From NCBI GenBank assembly GCA_002269645.1, contig NIVC01000409.1:62001-126000 (forward strand): a stretch of 64,000 nucleotides of DNA, in the 5' to 3' direction. Below the pieces are notes generated by a model, which was not told the DNA's origin, did no database searches, and saw nothing but the letters and a program-made list of their open reading frames with translations. Position 1 is the stretch's first letter. Each line of letters starts with the position of its first letter. The DNA is from Macrostomum lignano (lineage: Eukaryota). Positions 38,251-53,600 of the stretch are shown piece by piece. The position numbers and the translations under genes were made by a program.

Positions 38251-38641
38251 AGTTCTTTTTCAGTTGAACAAAAAGTTTCTTCGTCCAGGTCTAAGAGTGC
38301 CACAAGCCAGAAATAATGAATCGAGGCACAAAAGAAGAGCTAAGGGCAGATTGCGCAGAGTGAGTTACCATCGCAAAAACAGTATTTACATGTAGTTCGC
38401 ATAAAAAGTTCGTTTTTCAAGAAAAATAAGAAACTTAAAAGTTAGTTTTTTCAGTTTGATACATGTAGTTAGGCTGTCAAACTTCTTCTATTAACCAGTG
38501 AATGATGGCGCACAAACAATTGAGTATTGAAGCAAACTAATATACGTGTAGATCTGTGTGAGGAATGCCTGACACCCTAACGCGTGCAACAGTTTTATAC
38601 TTAGTTCTTTTCTTTCGCAAATCTTTTCATCAAATTAAATT

Positions 38642-41600
38642 ATGCTTCCTATGGTGAGAAGGTCTTGTACGTGAAAGTGTCCGTTTTGGATAGAAAAAGC
38701 AGATGAATTGCAAAGTTGACTGTGTTTTTCTTTTGCTCTGCGACGTATCTGAACTTATTTAGAGTTCAGTTTAATGGAAGATTTTGTGAGTTTGTTATAT
38801 TGTACAAAACTGTTTAAGGTGATTTTTTAACTTTTTAAAAACTTTTCTATGCATCGTTTTTTCCGCTTTCTAAACAGGGCACCCAGTTCACGTACGACAT
38901 ACCCGATGGACTGATTGAGGGCGACTGCGTTGAGGTGAAAGGTCGACTCACTGGGAAGCGGTAAGAACGTACTGTTTATTAATGTGAAGTAAGAAACGGG
39001 TAGGTATGATGTAGTCATGGACAGGTAGTCACAGACAGGTAGTTACGGACGGGTAAACACGGACAGGTAGTCACAGACAGGTAGTTACGGACGGGTAGTC
39101 ACGGACATGTAGTTAGGGACAGGTAGTTACGGACAGGTAGTCACGGACATGTAGTTATGGACAGGTAGTCACGGACAGGTAGTCACGGACAGGTAGTTAG
39201 GGACAGGTAGTCACGGACATGTAGTTAGGGACAGGTAGTCACGGACAGGTAGTTACGGACGGGTAGTCACGGACAGGTAGTCACAGACACAGACAGGTAG
39301 TTACGGACAGGGTAGTTGTACTGCTTAAGGGGCCCCAATATATGAGCAGATTTATTACATTTACCTTGCGCACTTTGATGGTGTGACTATCATTCATCGT
39401 TTGCAATTAAATAAATATCAATCAGTTCACTTAGGAGGGCTCAACTTTCGTCCCAGCACCCTCGGGTCTCTTGCTTTGGTAATTACAGTAGTCATGCAGA
39501 GGTAGTCAGTACAGTTAGGGATAGGCTGTATAGGACAGGAAAGGTAGCATAGGCGATACCTTTATGAGTGGACAGGTAGGCAAGACAGGTAGGTGTATGG
39601 CACAACAATAGGTAAGTGCATGTTTCGCTAGATTCTATAGAAAAAAAGAAATTTAGTCAGTAAGAGAAAAAGGGTCAAAGAATATTTGTCGAACACTTCA
39701 AACAGACTTCTGTAGGCAAATAGTAAATTGTATTGAGAGTCAAACTTGACTGACATGCATGGTTGAAAGAGTCTTTTCGATGCGTTTTTTATTATTTGAC
39801 TTCACGATGCTTTGGTACTGCCTAAGTCTGTTTTAAATCCAACAATATTAACAAAAATAGGGTATGCCTGGAGCTCTCGGGAGCGCTGACAAAAGTACCG
39901 AGTACAGCTGCAGCTGACGGCGATGCCGAGAAGGTCGAGGAGCACCGAGTTGTACCGCTGCGACTCAGATTCAGCCGGGGCGGCAGGTACAAGCTCCACT
40001 CGGACTATTTGGGTCGGGAGGCTTCCAGGCGTGGTCGGTTCCGATACGACTTTCAGGCTGACAGTCAGTTCATTGTGCAAATTCGCATTCTTCACTTGTA
40101 CTATGATGTAAGTTGGAACTGTAGTTTCACAACGTTTGGAGTTATAATTGGGGCCTTTATTTGCAATTAGTAAGATTGTGTCAGTCCAGGGACAAGCTTG
40201 TGTCACATGCAGATCGGAGGTTGTGTCAGTCGAGAGACAAGCTTGTGTCACATGCAAATCGGAGGTTGCGTCAGTCCGGAGACAAGCTTGTGTCAAATAC
40301 AGATCGGTGGTTGCGTCAGTCCATAGAAACGCTTGTGTCGAATCTCTTATGTCTAAAAACTTTACTCACTTTGATCCTCTCCCATGAACTAAACCAGATC
40401 CGCATCAACGACATCGAGCTGATCAAACTCGAGCACGGCCAACTGCACAACGAAATTCAGATGCTGTCGCTAGACGGCGATGCCGAATTCACCGCCGTTG
40501 ACTTTATCGACTTGGAAGACCTGGCGGAAGCCACAGGAGGTGGATTAGCAATCAGCTTGCCAATGGGAGATCCTATAGACAACTCCAGTCCAGCTAGCGA
40601 GCCAGGTAAGACGTCTGTGACCTCCGTAGGGAAATCGCCAGACCTTTGACATTGCAACTTGAAGGCAGGAGTCTGACAATATGCACGGTCATATACTAGC
40701 TAATCTGTGGATAGTTCAAATAAATCAGCCTGCAGATTTTCGTGCTATTCCTGCCCATGAAGGCCAACCCATATAAACCCCCAACCCCCCAACCCCCAAC
40801 CCTCACCCCTAACCCTCAACCCCAACCCCCAACTCCCAACCCCCGACTCTCAGCAATCTATAAAGTGACTACAACACGACTACTAAAATCGATTTATTCG
40901 GAAGTTTCGCTTCGTACCTGGTTTTGCACCGTTAAGCACGCATTTGATTTTTTGTACTAATTAATCGCATGCAATTCAGTATAATACATGATTAGTATTC
41001 TCGCACCTAGACGTCAAAGCCCCCGGTTATTGCAGAGCTGATAGTACCGAAGAAGTTCAGAAAGCAAAATGCTCAGCAACCAGTGCTTGACACCATCGAC
41101 ACTGCCGGCACGATGGATTATGCCGATGGGCGAGCGGCACATCAGCAGCAGCGGACGAAACGACGGACAGAAGAACCGACCTCCGAGATGCCAGCCGGCG
41201 TCAAGGCCAGGAAAACTAAGCTGCCGTCTAGCAGTTCAAAAGAAAACGATGCGCATCCTGAGTTGACGGTCGATTCAGCAGAGCAACGACTGGAATTGAA
41301 AGACAGCTCGACAAGCGAGGCCAGACGGTCTCGCGACAGGAGACCGAAAGGACTGGCAAACAATGACAAGCTGATGGTAGCAGAGTTGCCTATTCAAAGC
41401 GACAAGCAGCCAAAGCAAAGTACTGGAGAGCCAAGACGGTCAAAGCGAACATCTGACCAGCAGCAAACGCTTCAACAAGGCAACAAAGCTGAGCTAGGAT
41501 TCGACATTAAAGACTCAGAATCTAAACAAGAAAGATCTCAAAGGAAAAAGACAACCAAGTCACCCAGGACATCCTCGAAGGCTTCGAATTATTCTACATC

Positions 41601-44600
41601 GGAAGTCGCAGATCTAGGAGTTATCGAAACTACAGACTACAGTTCAACTAGGGATCCAACTCACAGGACAAAGACAGGAAAGTCCCCAAGAGAATTGTCA
41701 AAGGCATCAAATTCATCGAATTCTGAAGCTACAGACTCTATAAACACCGATTCCAAGCAGCAGAGGAGACAGAGACGCACAGCTGGTTCAAAAGAGCGAC
41801 AACACAGAGAGCAGCGCCAGCAATCAGACTCACCAGGCTTCATGTCAAACCAGACGGAAGAAAGGCAGAAAAACCTGTCAGAGGAGGAGTATTGCAAAGT
41901 AGAGGCACAACAACCGCAATCGATGCTTCCAATATACCAGCAAACGGATGAGCAACACAAAGACGCGGAAACAACTAAAAGAAGAAAATTGGCTCAAGAA
42001 GATGAAACTAAAGAGTTGCATCAATCCAAATCTGAACAGCCGTCAAAACGGGAGACTAGTTCAAATCAGTACTCAAAATCGAAACCCGATGCACGTCGGC
42101 CAAGGCAAGAGCAGGACTTTGCGCAAAATGGAAGTCAACCTCGTGCAGAAAGCGTCACTACCCAAGCGCCTATCTCAAGTGTTCTAGCAGAGCAGCAAGA
42201 ACTGCAAAATGCAGAGTCTGTTAAAACGAAGGAAATGCAACCGCGCACTCAACAGCAACAGCCTGAAGAAGCAGCAATCTTCAAGACGGAACAACCAAGT
42301 GCTAATCAGATACGATCACCTTCTGCAAAGTTGGATAGACCAACTTTAGAGAGAAATTTGCAGCAACCCGTAGACTCATTGACAGATCAATCGAAATCGG
42401 GATCAAGACCCAAAAGTCTTGATGTGGAACAAAACAGCAGCAAAGACGCAGCACAACCGGTGATAAAAAAACCAAATTCGTCGAAATCGCAGCCACAAAA
42501 ACTCGATTCTCCAAAGACTGGAACGGATCCTCATCATCAGAAGGAGCATTCAGCACCACCTGGCTCTGATCCTGTTGATACCAAGCCTAACAGACAAAAG
42601 TTGGACACTTCAAAAGCTCAAAAGCAGCAAATTACAGCTGGGTCTTACAGTGTCCCAACTCCAACGCTGCAGCAGCAGCAACAGCGACGACCACAGGGTC
42701 AGAGCTCTCTCGGCCGACCAAGGAGGGGCAGCGGCGCTGGCGAGGCAGAAGTTTTACCCCCCTCGGCGCCCAGCCAACAGCAACAACAACAACAGCAGCA
42801 GCAACAACAGAAGCAACCGCACAATGTTCAGAGTTCTCCGCCAGTAAAATCCGCTCTTCTTAAAGCACCCAATAAGCAAAGACTTGGCGAATCTAGGGCC
42901 GATACAGCAATTCAATCTCAAGACGCACCGGCACCGGGCTCTTATAGTTCTCCAAGGGCTCAGCAGCAAAAGCTGAAAAGAGCCGACGTTGAACCTCAGC
43001 ACGAGTTGGAAATCTCTGGCTCATACAACATCGAGGCGCAGCAGTCTGCAGTCAAGCAGAAGTCTCACCAACAAAGACTTGGTGAGGATTTAAGGCAGCA
43101 GGGAGCGAAATCCTCTAGCAGGCGACGCGGTTCTGCTGGAGAAAAAAAGGCGTCTGCATGTAAGTTGCGGGATGGCCCGAACGAATTTTTTTAATGCCCT
43201 TCAATAGTAAGAGATTTAGCGGCATCTAAATATACCAAAGACAAAAAGGTATTAATTTCATTGTTTTTCAACGAACTTCACTACAAACGTATAAAAGGCA
43301 CAATGATTATAATCGTTGCAATACTAAATCACAATCGCCCAGCACTGCACGAATAGTTACAGCTCCACCAGTTGAGCATGAATCATCTAAAATTAATTAT
43401 ATATATAGTTACTAACCAAAAGTGCACTGTAGAGTCTAATATAGCTCTTACTACACTTGTTATTATACTACGGAAAAACTGAAAACGAAAAGCATAGGAG
43501 AGGTCAAATTAAACTCTCATCAATTGAGCTTGCTCAATGAGCCAGTGGTTAGAGATTTTTTAATGTACTGAACGACAATAAAGGCTTGACTGGGTATGAA
43601 GAGTCTAGTCAGGTAAAAATTATTGTAGATAACAAGGCTGAAATGACAGGATTTTGTACATACATGCTTATATTTGTACATAACTCTGCCTTGCTCTTGC
43701 TCTTAACCAATCAGAGAGCCTTCTGAGAGACATCTTGCTTACTGATATAGTCAGTGCAGTTAGTTCTGAGCCAGAACGGCTTGTTAAAGGCTTGTTAAAA
43801 ATGTTGTAACGCCATTAAACTCTTAGATCATTGAACCCAATTTTCAGTGGACGGAGTTTATCGAGTTGTCCCAGTAACTCCAGTTGTCTCAGCGCTTCCA
43901 GTAGCCAATCAACAACAGCAACAGCAAATTCTGTTGAAGCAGAAGCAGCTCAAACAGCAGAGCCAACAGCGTCAGGAGAGCGCAGGCGAAATGTCTGACT
44001 CACTGTGGAAAAGCCAACACATAGACGAAGACAATCTTGTCAGTCTCACCGATTCGCAACTCGATTCAGCTGACTGCCCGTCAGCCGCGGCAGACCAAGA
44101 TGTTGCTCCTAAGAGCAACAGAAGCAGCAGCAGAAGGAGCAGCAGCGGTCTGTCCTCCGTGGCCGAGGCGAACGCCGACGCAGCAGGACCTTGCAGTGCC
44201 GCAGACCTCACCCAGCAGTACATGTACTACGCTGCGGATGAATCTTCAACATCACCCAGTGCTCCAGCTGCCGCTGCTGCTGCTGCTGCTGCAGTTTCAT
44301 CGCCAATAGAAGTGGCCAGAGACGCCAGCGAATTCTTTGTTGAGCCTCAGCCCCAGCATCAGCTGATGCAGCAGCAGCCATCGTCGCTAGATGCTGTTAA
44401 ACGACTCGACATAAGCGGCCCGTGGAGTATTCAAGAGCGTCGAAAGGTTCCGCCCAGTAACGACACCTTTGACGAAGACGGTAGCAGTCAGACTGCAGCC
44501 GACCAGGCGTTCCGGCATTCCACCACGCCGTCGGAGCTGCTGTACGCGGAGAGCAAAGTGTACGACACCATCACTGTTGAGGTGAGGAAGTGCTTCTTGA

Positions 44601-47600
44601 AAGCTTGCTGTAGTTTTTTAATTTAGCTAACATGCTTAAATGCTTAGCTTATATACTATATTATAGCAAAACTTAAAAACCATTTTTTTAATCTTTTCAC
44701 TCACGGCTTTGGTATTGTTCAAGTGAGTTCTTCTCAAATCTAATCAAATCAAATCATACTACTTTACCATCATGTTGGCTAACAAACGGTACAGTGGCTT
44801 TTAGTTATAGTGCTGATTCGCTTCCTTGTAGTCAATCGGATACTTGAAAAACTGGCCATGAAAGTATTTCTCCCAGTCGATGAATAGCTATCTACTGTGA
44901 AAAATTTTGGCTGCGGTCGATTTTCTTTTAAAAAGTCGCGTTTTTAGGACCTACAGTATTCGTTGTGATTCTTGGGCTAGAGCCAAATGAGACATAAGCT
45001 TGGATAAGGTGGTGGGTGTAACTGTGTTTACATTCTAATGGCTTGAATTTGTACATGCAGATTAGGTAAATTCTAAAGTTAATCTGAGAATTGTCATAGA
45101 ATTAATCTTTTTTACAATTAAACGTTTATTTTTCACGAATTTATTTAAAAAAACTTTAATAACAATTTAAAGTAAAAGTTTAACCAAATTTATAAAATAG
45201 CAGAGAGAAAAAATTAGCTTTGCTAAACAGAGTCTCAAAAATGAACTTGCCTACATGTGAGTCAATTGTTATTCTTGTTCTGATTTTTCTAGTTGTATTC
45301 TAAAATTAAAACGTATTAGAGATACGACAGAAAAAGTGCAAAGAGATAAATAGAACTTGCTTAACATGGCATTTTCTATACAGTTCAGTTTCTAGCATAT
45401 TTTACAGATTAAGCATTGGCACCAGATACTTGAACTCGCCGCCGTGAACCCAAAGCATGAATCAAATCCGGCGACTGCCAAGCGCTGTATCCTCGGCTAG
45501 TAAAAAATTCGATAATTGTTGCATTATCCAATCCCGACATGTGCTGCGCTACCCATTCCATCTGCACTACGGTGAACTTGAACTTGGCGAATAAGTTACC
45601 AGATGTGCGCAGAAAGTCTGCCTCACCGCCTTCAACATCCAGCTTCATAACGATATTCTGCGTGCTGATGATGACTGAGCCCAGTTTCTCCGTTCTAACT
45701 GGCATAACGGGTATCGAGTCGCGCAAATCTTGGCCGAATTTCGTCGCTCCACCGACGTTGCAGTCGCCGGGAAAGTTCAAGTAGGCCAGCTGATTGTCGA
45801 ACGATATCCAGAATATTTTTGTCAAATGGGTGGATCAGCTTGCATAGCGGATAGCCGTCCAACGTTTTCTCGTAAGCTCTGACATTGCTGCATAGCGCGT
45901 CTCGATAGCTCGGGTGCAGAAATTTGATCTCACGCAACACTTCGTAGAGTTTGCATCGCTTCTCTTCAGATTCAAAGCCGAAATAAATGTAGATTAGAAA
46001 TACAGCAAAGATAAAACAGGCGGGGAAAAATGCCGCAACTTGAAATTTTGCAGTAACTGGTAGCGCATGATTACAGATTCTAACTAGTTGGACTTGCCGA
46101 TCTTCACTCAGAAAAAGTTTAACTGAGTTCGCTCGTATTAACCTCTTCCATCTCCGTTCTAGTTGGGTGGTAAGCAGTGATTACCATAGACTATTTGACT
46201 TCTGACTGAGCCATAGATATTTTTTCTCTCCATTCCAATCAATAGACTATTCAGCCAAGACTAGGGTAGAAAAATCAGCAAAACTACACATTTAAATACA
46301 GTTTAGACTGTTTTTAGACTGAAAGCACACTGGTCCTCGTACCAGAGGGATGGATAGCGCGAACAGTATAACAAACGTGCTTTCTTCCTAGCCCCAGTCA
46401 GTTCAAACTTAGAAGCTGATCTGTCTCCTCATTCGTCTAGCTTTTTGTTAACAGCTTATCCAGTCTGGTTTGAGCCAATAACTAAACTAGTTCTCCGATA
46501 GCTTGAAATTATCTAAGCGGACGAAGTGTCTGAACTCATGAAATTGGACGACGAAGACTACACCATCAGACTTTTAGAGGTTAATGAAACCTAAAAAAGA
46601 CTCAATCATGGAGTGGGTGTGGCGTGCGTGAACTAATTAAAAACGCTTAGGGCATTACTTCATCGGTATTTTTTGCTTTTTAATGTAACTTTAAAAACAT
46701 CGCCGCGCTAAATGTCGTAGCAATTTGGTAACTTCTGCTAAATAACCACCACAACGCGCCTTTAAAACCCAATCTTAAGCCAACACCGGCAAAAGTGAGT
46801 GGGCTGCAGGCAACCAGTGTAACTACGAGTACAAATCAGCCTCAGACATCTACTCCGACAAACCAAGACGATTACAACCTCGAAGTCGCGACCGCAGCCG
46901 CAGCCGGAGCCTCTGCTTCATCTGCTGTTGAACGCAACGAAAGCCAACGATCAGCTTTATCTGACCAACCAACTTCTTTAGAGCTACCGCGCAAAAAGTC
47001 CCAATCGGCAGAGCAGCAACAGCAGCAACAGCATCATCAGCAGCAGCAGCATCTGCATCTGTTCTGCCGGTCGCAGAGTTACAGTCTAGAGCGCGCTCAA
47101 CACAAAATACGCGGTAGCGGCGCCTACTCCGAGGCAATGAGCGACGGAATCTATCGACCATTGACTCAATCGAATGAAAGTCTGTCTCTACCAGCGGCGC
47201 TTCCCGTAGAACCGGGGTCGAAAACTCCGAAGACTCCGTCGCTTAGGTCAGTTGAGACTGGCGGTAGAGCAGAAAGCCGTACTACGGACCAGATGGCGAC
47301 CGTAGCCCGAGCGGAGTCTGCAACTTCTGCGACGTCTAAAAAGAGTAAAAGCAAAAGTGTCGAGCATCTAGACGGAGCCAGCGATACTGACAGCGTCTGG
47401 ATGGCCGATTTCAGCTTCCACGATCGACTGGCTCGGTCGAGCTCGTCGGTGTCGCAGCGTCAGGCAGCTCCATCATCTGCCGATCGTCGACGTCAACAGG
47501 CACGAAGAGATTTGAACGACGGCGGCGGGTTTATCTTGACTGCTCAACTACCGACGACAGTTCAGCAAGCGAACAGCAGCAGCGAGCTCGTAACCGTCTC

Positions 47601-50600
47601 TGACCTGCTGGAGACCGCCAGCTTGGCCAGCGACGCTCGAATTCGTGACCCGGAGCTCTGCAGCTTTCGCAGATCCATTCAAGAGGATCTGCTGGCACGT
47701 AGACAACCGAGCAACGCTGGCGCTTATCTCCGATCCTATCGGGCAACAGTCGAGCCGGACAATCATTCGTCATTTTTTCATGTCCGCTCCACGCCAATTG
47801 ACGACAAAGACGACAGTACGCAGACAACTGATGACGACGACGCAAGCTCGGTGTCATCTTCGGAGTCGGGTCTGTCAACGGATTCTTCGTTGGCGGCAGC
47901 GCTGCAGGCTATGGAGATAGTGGGGGAATCAGATAGTCTGTCGGAAGAGCAGAAGCTGAGGCGGTCGAGAAGGCGGCTGCGACGGCTGCGGCGACAGCGT
48001 CGAAACTCGTTGAGGCGACGGAAGCAGCTCGCGGCCGCCGCTGCCGTAGCTGCTGCGGTGGTAATTGAAATTTTATCCGAAATCTTTTACACCGAATGTT
48101 CTATTTTTTACCGGATTTTGTTTTATCGCATGCTGAAGTTAATTCGATGTCTTAACAAACGCTTAGATTCGATTCGATTTTACGTAATTGCATGCTTATT
48201 GTATAGTAACAGTTCGGCTTGCAACATAAAGATAATTCAGTTGTCTATATGTTTTTACTTAAAGTAGGCACGTAAGTAACTGAAGCAAATGCACGTAAAA
48301 ATACAATCATTTTATTGCACATGACGCCTGTTTTTTAAAAAAATTTTATTATGCTTTGTTATAATCTAGTGCTATTGACGTAACACGCTACTGCATGATG
48401 AGCAAACGGATAAATGTAGATTTTTTTCAGTAAAAATTTTATTACTAATTGCTTTTTTTCCCACAGTCCGAGCCAGAACCATTCGTTGCTCACCTACCGG
48501 AGCCCCTGCGCAGCGGCCGAAGGATAATTGTGAGCGGGCAGTTCAGCGAGAGCACGAAACGGTATGAGGAACCGGAAATGATTCACTACGATTCGGAATC
48601 AAACAATGATGACACCATCATTCTAAATACTCTATTTATTCTAGATACCCTAGTCATTCTATTAATAAATACCCCATTCATTATAAATACCCCAATCATT
48701 CTAAATACCCCAATCATTCTAAATACCCCAGTCATTCTAAATACCCCAGTGATTCTAAATACCCCAGTCATTTAAAATACCCCAGTCATTCAAAATACCC
48801 CAGTCATTCTAAATACCCCAGTCATTCTAAATTCCCCAGTCATTCTAAATACTCCAGTCATTCTAAGTACCCCAGTCATTCTAAATTCCCCAGTCATTCT
48901 AAATACCCCAGTCATTCTAAATACCCCAGTCATTTAAAATACCCCAGTAATTCTAAATACCCCAGTCATTCTAAATTCCCCAGTCATTCTAAATTCCCCA
49001 GTCATTCAAAATACCCCAGTCATTCAAAATACCCCAGTCATTCAAAATACCCCAGTCATTCTAAATTCCCCAGTCATTCTAAATACTCCAGTCATTCTAA
49101 ATACCCCAGTCATTCTAAATTCCCCAGTCATTCTAAATACCCCAGTCATTCTAAATACCCCAGTCATTTAAAATACCCCAGTAATTCAAAATACCCCAGT
49201 CATTCTAAATACCCATTCATTCTAAATACCTTAGGTTTGTCAATGATTTTGCAAATTCAAATGCAGTATCTTCCTGTCACAATCGAATTAGTAATTTCTT
49301 CGTTATCTTTTAAATCCCCCAGAGCCACTCTGTCACTTAGAAACAGCAAACGCAGCGGCATCAGTGCCTCTACAGACAACGCCAAGACTAGGAAAGCAGC
49401 AGCCGATGTTGAAGAAGAGTTTCTGGTACAGCTGAAGCAACTGGATGAAGAGGGCGGCGCCACCGAGCTGACTTGTCGGCAGTACAACGGTCGCGAGTGG
49501 ACCAGCGAGCAGCGCTCGATGACTCGAGCTTTGAAACCGAATAAAACTGGAAGTTTTTGCGTCGAAATTCACACATCATCTGTGGCTTTTACCGTGAGTT
49601 CACGTTTGCAGTTTTCCTTTTTATCATTGTTTATTGTGTTTAGCAACGCGTAGAAACTCTAGCAAAATGCACTGATTGGTTTTCGTCAGCGATAGTGCTT
49701 GGTTTCCGTGTCTAGAAGTGGTGGTTGGTTTCCGTGTCTAGAAGTGGTGGTTGGTTTCCGTGTCTAGAAGTGGTGGTTGGTTTCCGTGTCTAGAAGTGGT
49801 GGTTGGTTTCCGTGTCTAGAAGTGGTAGTTGGTTTCCGTGTCTAGAAGTGGTGGTTGGTTTCCGTGTCTAGAAGTGGTAGTTGGTTTCCGTGTCTAGAAG
49901 TGGTAGTTGGTTTCCGTGTCTAGAAGTGGTGGTTGGTTTCCGTGTCTAGAAGTGGTGGTTGGTTTCCGTGTCTAGAAGTGGTTGGTTTTTTGTGTCTAGA
50001 TGTAGCTGGTTTCCATGTCTAGAAGTGGTGGTTTCCATGTCTAGAAGTGGTGGTTGGTTTCCGTGTCTAGAAGTGGTTGGTTTTTTGTGTCTAGATGTAG
50101 CTGGTTTCCATGTCTAGAAGTGGTGGTTTCCATGTCTAGAAGTGGTGGTTTCCATGTCTAGAATTGGTGATTGGTTTCCGTAGCTTGAAGTGGTTGGTTT
50201 CCATAGATTAAAGTGGTTGGTTTCCGTAGATTGAACTGGTTGGTTTCCGTAGATTGAAGTGGTTGGTTTCCGTAGATTGAAGTGGTTGGTTTCCGTAGAT
50301 TGAAGTGGTTGGTTTCCGTAGCTAGAAGTAGTTGGTTTCCGTAGCTAGAAGTGGTTAACTTCCGTGTCTAGAAATGGCTGGTTTCCATAACTAGAAGAGA
50401 AAGCAGATGTTGGTTTCTGTCACGTGAATTGATCGGCTTCTTTTTCCAGAACTGCAGTCCTTTTTTAAAGTATTCGCTTACCGCATATCAAATTGGCAGC
50501 TTCGAAAGCTTTCCAAACTTACCGAAAGAGCAGAAAACCATTGAAATAAGAGAAAAACGGTCTTAACCATCATCTCTGTGTTTGCAAAGCCCCTGACTTA

Positions 50601-53600
50601 CTGATTGTGACCCAATGCATTACCAACCCGCAGGTTCGCTTTGAAGATGCAGTTTGCGTCCAGCCGCACACGATCCCGTTCTCGAATTTCACTCACCTGG
50701 TGTTGGACGGCAGCTCCGAGTACCAGAGCATCGAATTCCCAGATGAACTCGAGCTGCCATACAGCGAGGAATTTCCGCAGTCGCTGGATTTGGTTAGTCA
50801 CATCCTCATCAAATTGCAACTGTTCAAATCTGCCGGCGCGACTGGCGGCAAGAGAGCTTCAACGACCGTCCCAGGTAGTCAGTCACCCATAGCGTTCGGC
50901 TTGGACCACGGTGCGGCCATGCTGTGTCTGATGGATCCAGTGAAACAAACGGTGTCTGTAGGACGCACAGTTCCAGAGACCGGTGGCTTTCTGTGCGAAA
51001 CGAAGGTTGACCGCGTGCCGGATTTGGCTAAACTAAGCAGTGTACTGCTCAGGATGGAGACAGACTCGGTGCTGGTAAGTGGGGCTGCAATCTTGAGAGT
51101 ATGATAGATACTTTAGAATGAGATTCTTGATGGAGTGGATTGGAAAATAAATAAAAGTGGATTGATGTGGTTGAATGGAGTAGATTAAGGTAGTTGGATG
51201 GAGTAGATTGGGATGGTTGGATGGAGTAGATAGGGTTGGTTGGACAGAGTAGATTGAGGTGGTTGGATGGAGTAGATTGGGATGATTGGATGGAGTAGAT
51301 TGAGATGGTTGGATGGAGTAGATTGGGGTGGTTGGGTGGAGTAGATTGGGATGATTGGATGGAGTAGATTGAGATGGTTGGATGGAGTAGATTGAGGTGG
51401 TTGGATGGAGTAGATTGGGATGATTGGATGGAGTAGATTGAGATGGTTGGATGGAGTAGATTGGGGTGGCTGGATGGAGTAGATTGAGGAGTTAAAATAA
51501 AATGAAATGAGCGGATGATGTTGCTACGATTGGAATTCAAGTCAGAAATCGTCTTGCACAAAAATGCTCGCCAAACTTCACCAGATTCTGCTGGACGGCA
51601 AACCGGTCTTATCATACACCCTGTTAACGCGAAAGCACTACATCACCAGCTTCTTTATCGACGGCAATTTTCTGCTGAAAGACGTCGTCTGGAAAGAGAA
51701 ACGAGCGCCAAAATGGACGCCACTGCCGCCAAGTTTTCAAGTTGGTCGGAGCATCCGCGTCTCTGGTCTGCTTCCGGAAGACGGACGAAGCGTCTGCTGC
51801 GTGGCCCTCACAGTTGACGCCGCAGGAGCCCCCGAGTCGTCCAACGCCGCGTTCTGCCTGCGCTGCGAGCCGGGCCGTCAGCCGAGCGTCACATCTTCGG
51901 CTCCGTCGGCCTCGTCAGCAACGATGCAACGCCCGCCGCTGCTACCGGGCCAGCGCTTCGAAGCGCACATCCTCTGCAAGCTGACTGGGTTTGAGGTGAT
52001 GCTAGGCGATCTTGAAGCCGGCGTCTGCCAGGTGCCCCACGGTGTCGATCCGAGACAGTTGCGGTCGGTTCGACTCACTGGCGGAGCCGTATTCTACGAG
52101 GTTGACTTCCCTGACCAGCTGGGGCTGCCGTATTTGAATCGATTTCCAGTCAGCCTGAAGGAATCTCGATTTGTCACCGTGGACGTGGAATGCGGACTGC
52201 ACGCCTCCAGGCCCAATACGTGAGTGCCAGTTCTGCAGCTGTCTCTTTTAACGTTTGGGTCGATCATAATTCTTCAAATTTCAATGAGAACTAAACCATC
52301 TGTTCAATTGAGAATCACGACTTTCACTAATCTATTGCAAAGATTCTACTCTAAGGTTAAGATCTTATTGAGAATCGCCCTTCTGCCTCCTACGTAGACC
52401 CAGTAGACGTTCTTCGACCTGGTAGAAAATCAGCCATAAATTCCACATAGAGAATTACATCTTAAACCACGCTACAAACTACACTTCAAAGATGCACCCA
52501 AATGCGAATTAAGGACACATGAAATTCTGTAACTTATCAGCTATAGTATTTCTACTATTAGTAGCAAATTCAGAAAACGTACACTTTTTGTCTTCCAAAA
52601 CAGAATCAGCTTCGCTCTGTGCACCGGGCCAGGCGATGCCTGCCTGAAGCCGCTGGTCTGCGAGTTCAACATGGCCCAAGGCTACGCCTCAATGGCCTGG
52701 TCCAACCCGGCTGGCGAGCTCTGCGATGAGGATACGAAAAAGTTCGATCCCAGACTGGCCGGAGAAGTTGAAACTGTGGCCTTGCAAGCGACGGATTCGG
52801 ACTACATTGTAAGTTTGAAGCAGTGCGGATCTTTGAATACCAGCTTAAAAGGGCCTTGCAAACATCAGAACCTTGAAAACGTCAGCACCCTCGCAACACA
52901 AAAACCTTTACAACCTAGGACATTGAGAACCCAGAAACTTGACAAACCCATAATCTTAACAATCCAGGACCTTGACAATCCAGGATCCAGGACCTTGACA
53001 ATCCAGGATCCAGGACCTTGAAAATCCAGGATCCAGGACCTTGACAATCCAGGATCCAGGACAATCCAGGACCTTGACAATCCAGGACCTTAACAGTCCA
53101 GGATCTTGATAATCCAGGACCTTGACAATCCAGGACCTTGACAATCCAGGATCTTGACAATCCAGGATCTTGATAATCCAGGACCTTGACAATATCAGGA
53201 ACCAGGACCTTGACAATCCAGGATCTTGATAATCCAGGACCTTGACAATCCAGGACCTTGACAATCCAGGATCTTGATAATCCAGGACCTTGACAATATC
53301 AGGAACCAGGACCTTGACAATCCAGGATCCAGGACCTTGACAATCCAGGATCCAGGACAATCCAGGACCTTGACAATCCAGGACCTTGACAATCCAGGAT
53401 CTTGATAATCCAGGACCTTGACAATCCAGGACCTTGAAAATCCAGGATCTTATAATCCAGGACCTTGACAATATCAGGAACCAGGACCTTGACAATCCAG
53501 GATCTTGATAATATCAGGAACCAGGACCTTGACAATATCAGGAACCAGGACCTTGACAATCAAGGATCTTGACAATCCAGGACCTTGAAAATCCAGGACC

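Noticed and set aside
36235-38359. MLKSDT...WKK (36235-36330) plus 38264-38359 as the first coding exons of the galectin-like gene
   Set aside because: Phases are compatible, but there is no homology support and the intervening acceptor at 36900 gives a stop. These are more likely UTR or unrelated exons; left unresolved.
45409-46068. Recent horizontal transfer from bacteria
   Set aside because: FkbM-like proteins with TM anchors occur in invertebrates, and nothing in the sequence alone shows a bacterial origin. A phylogeny would be needed.
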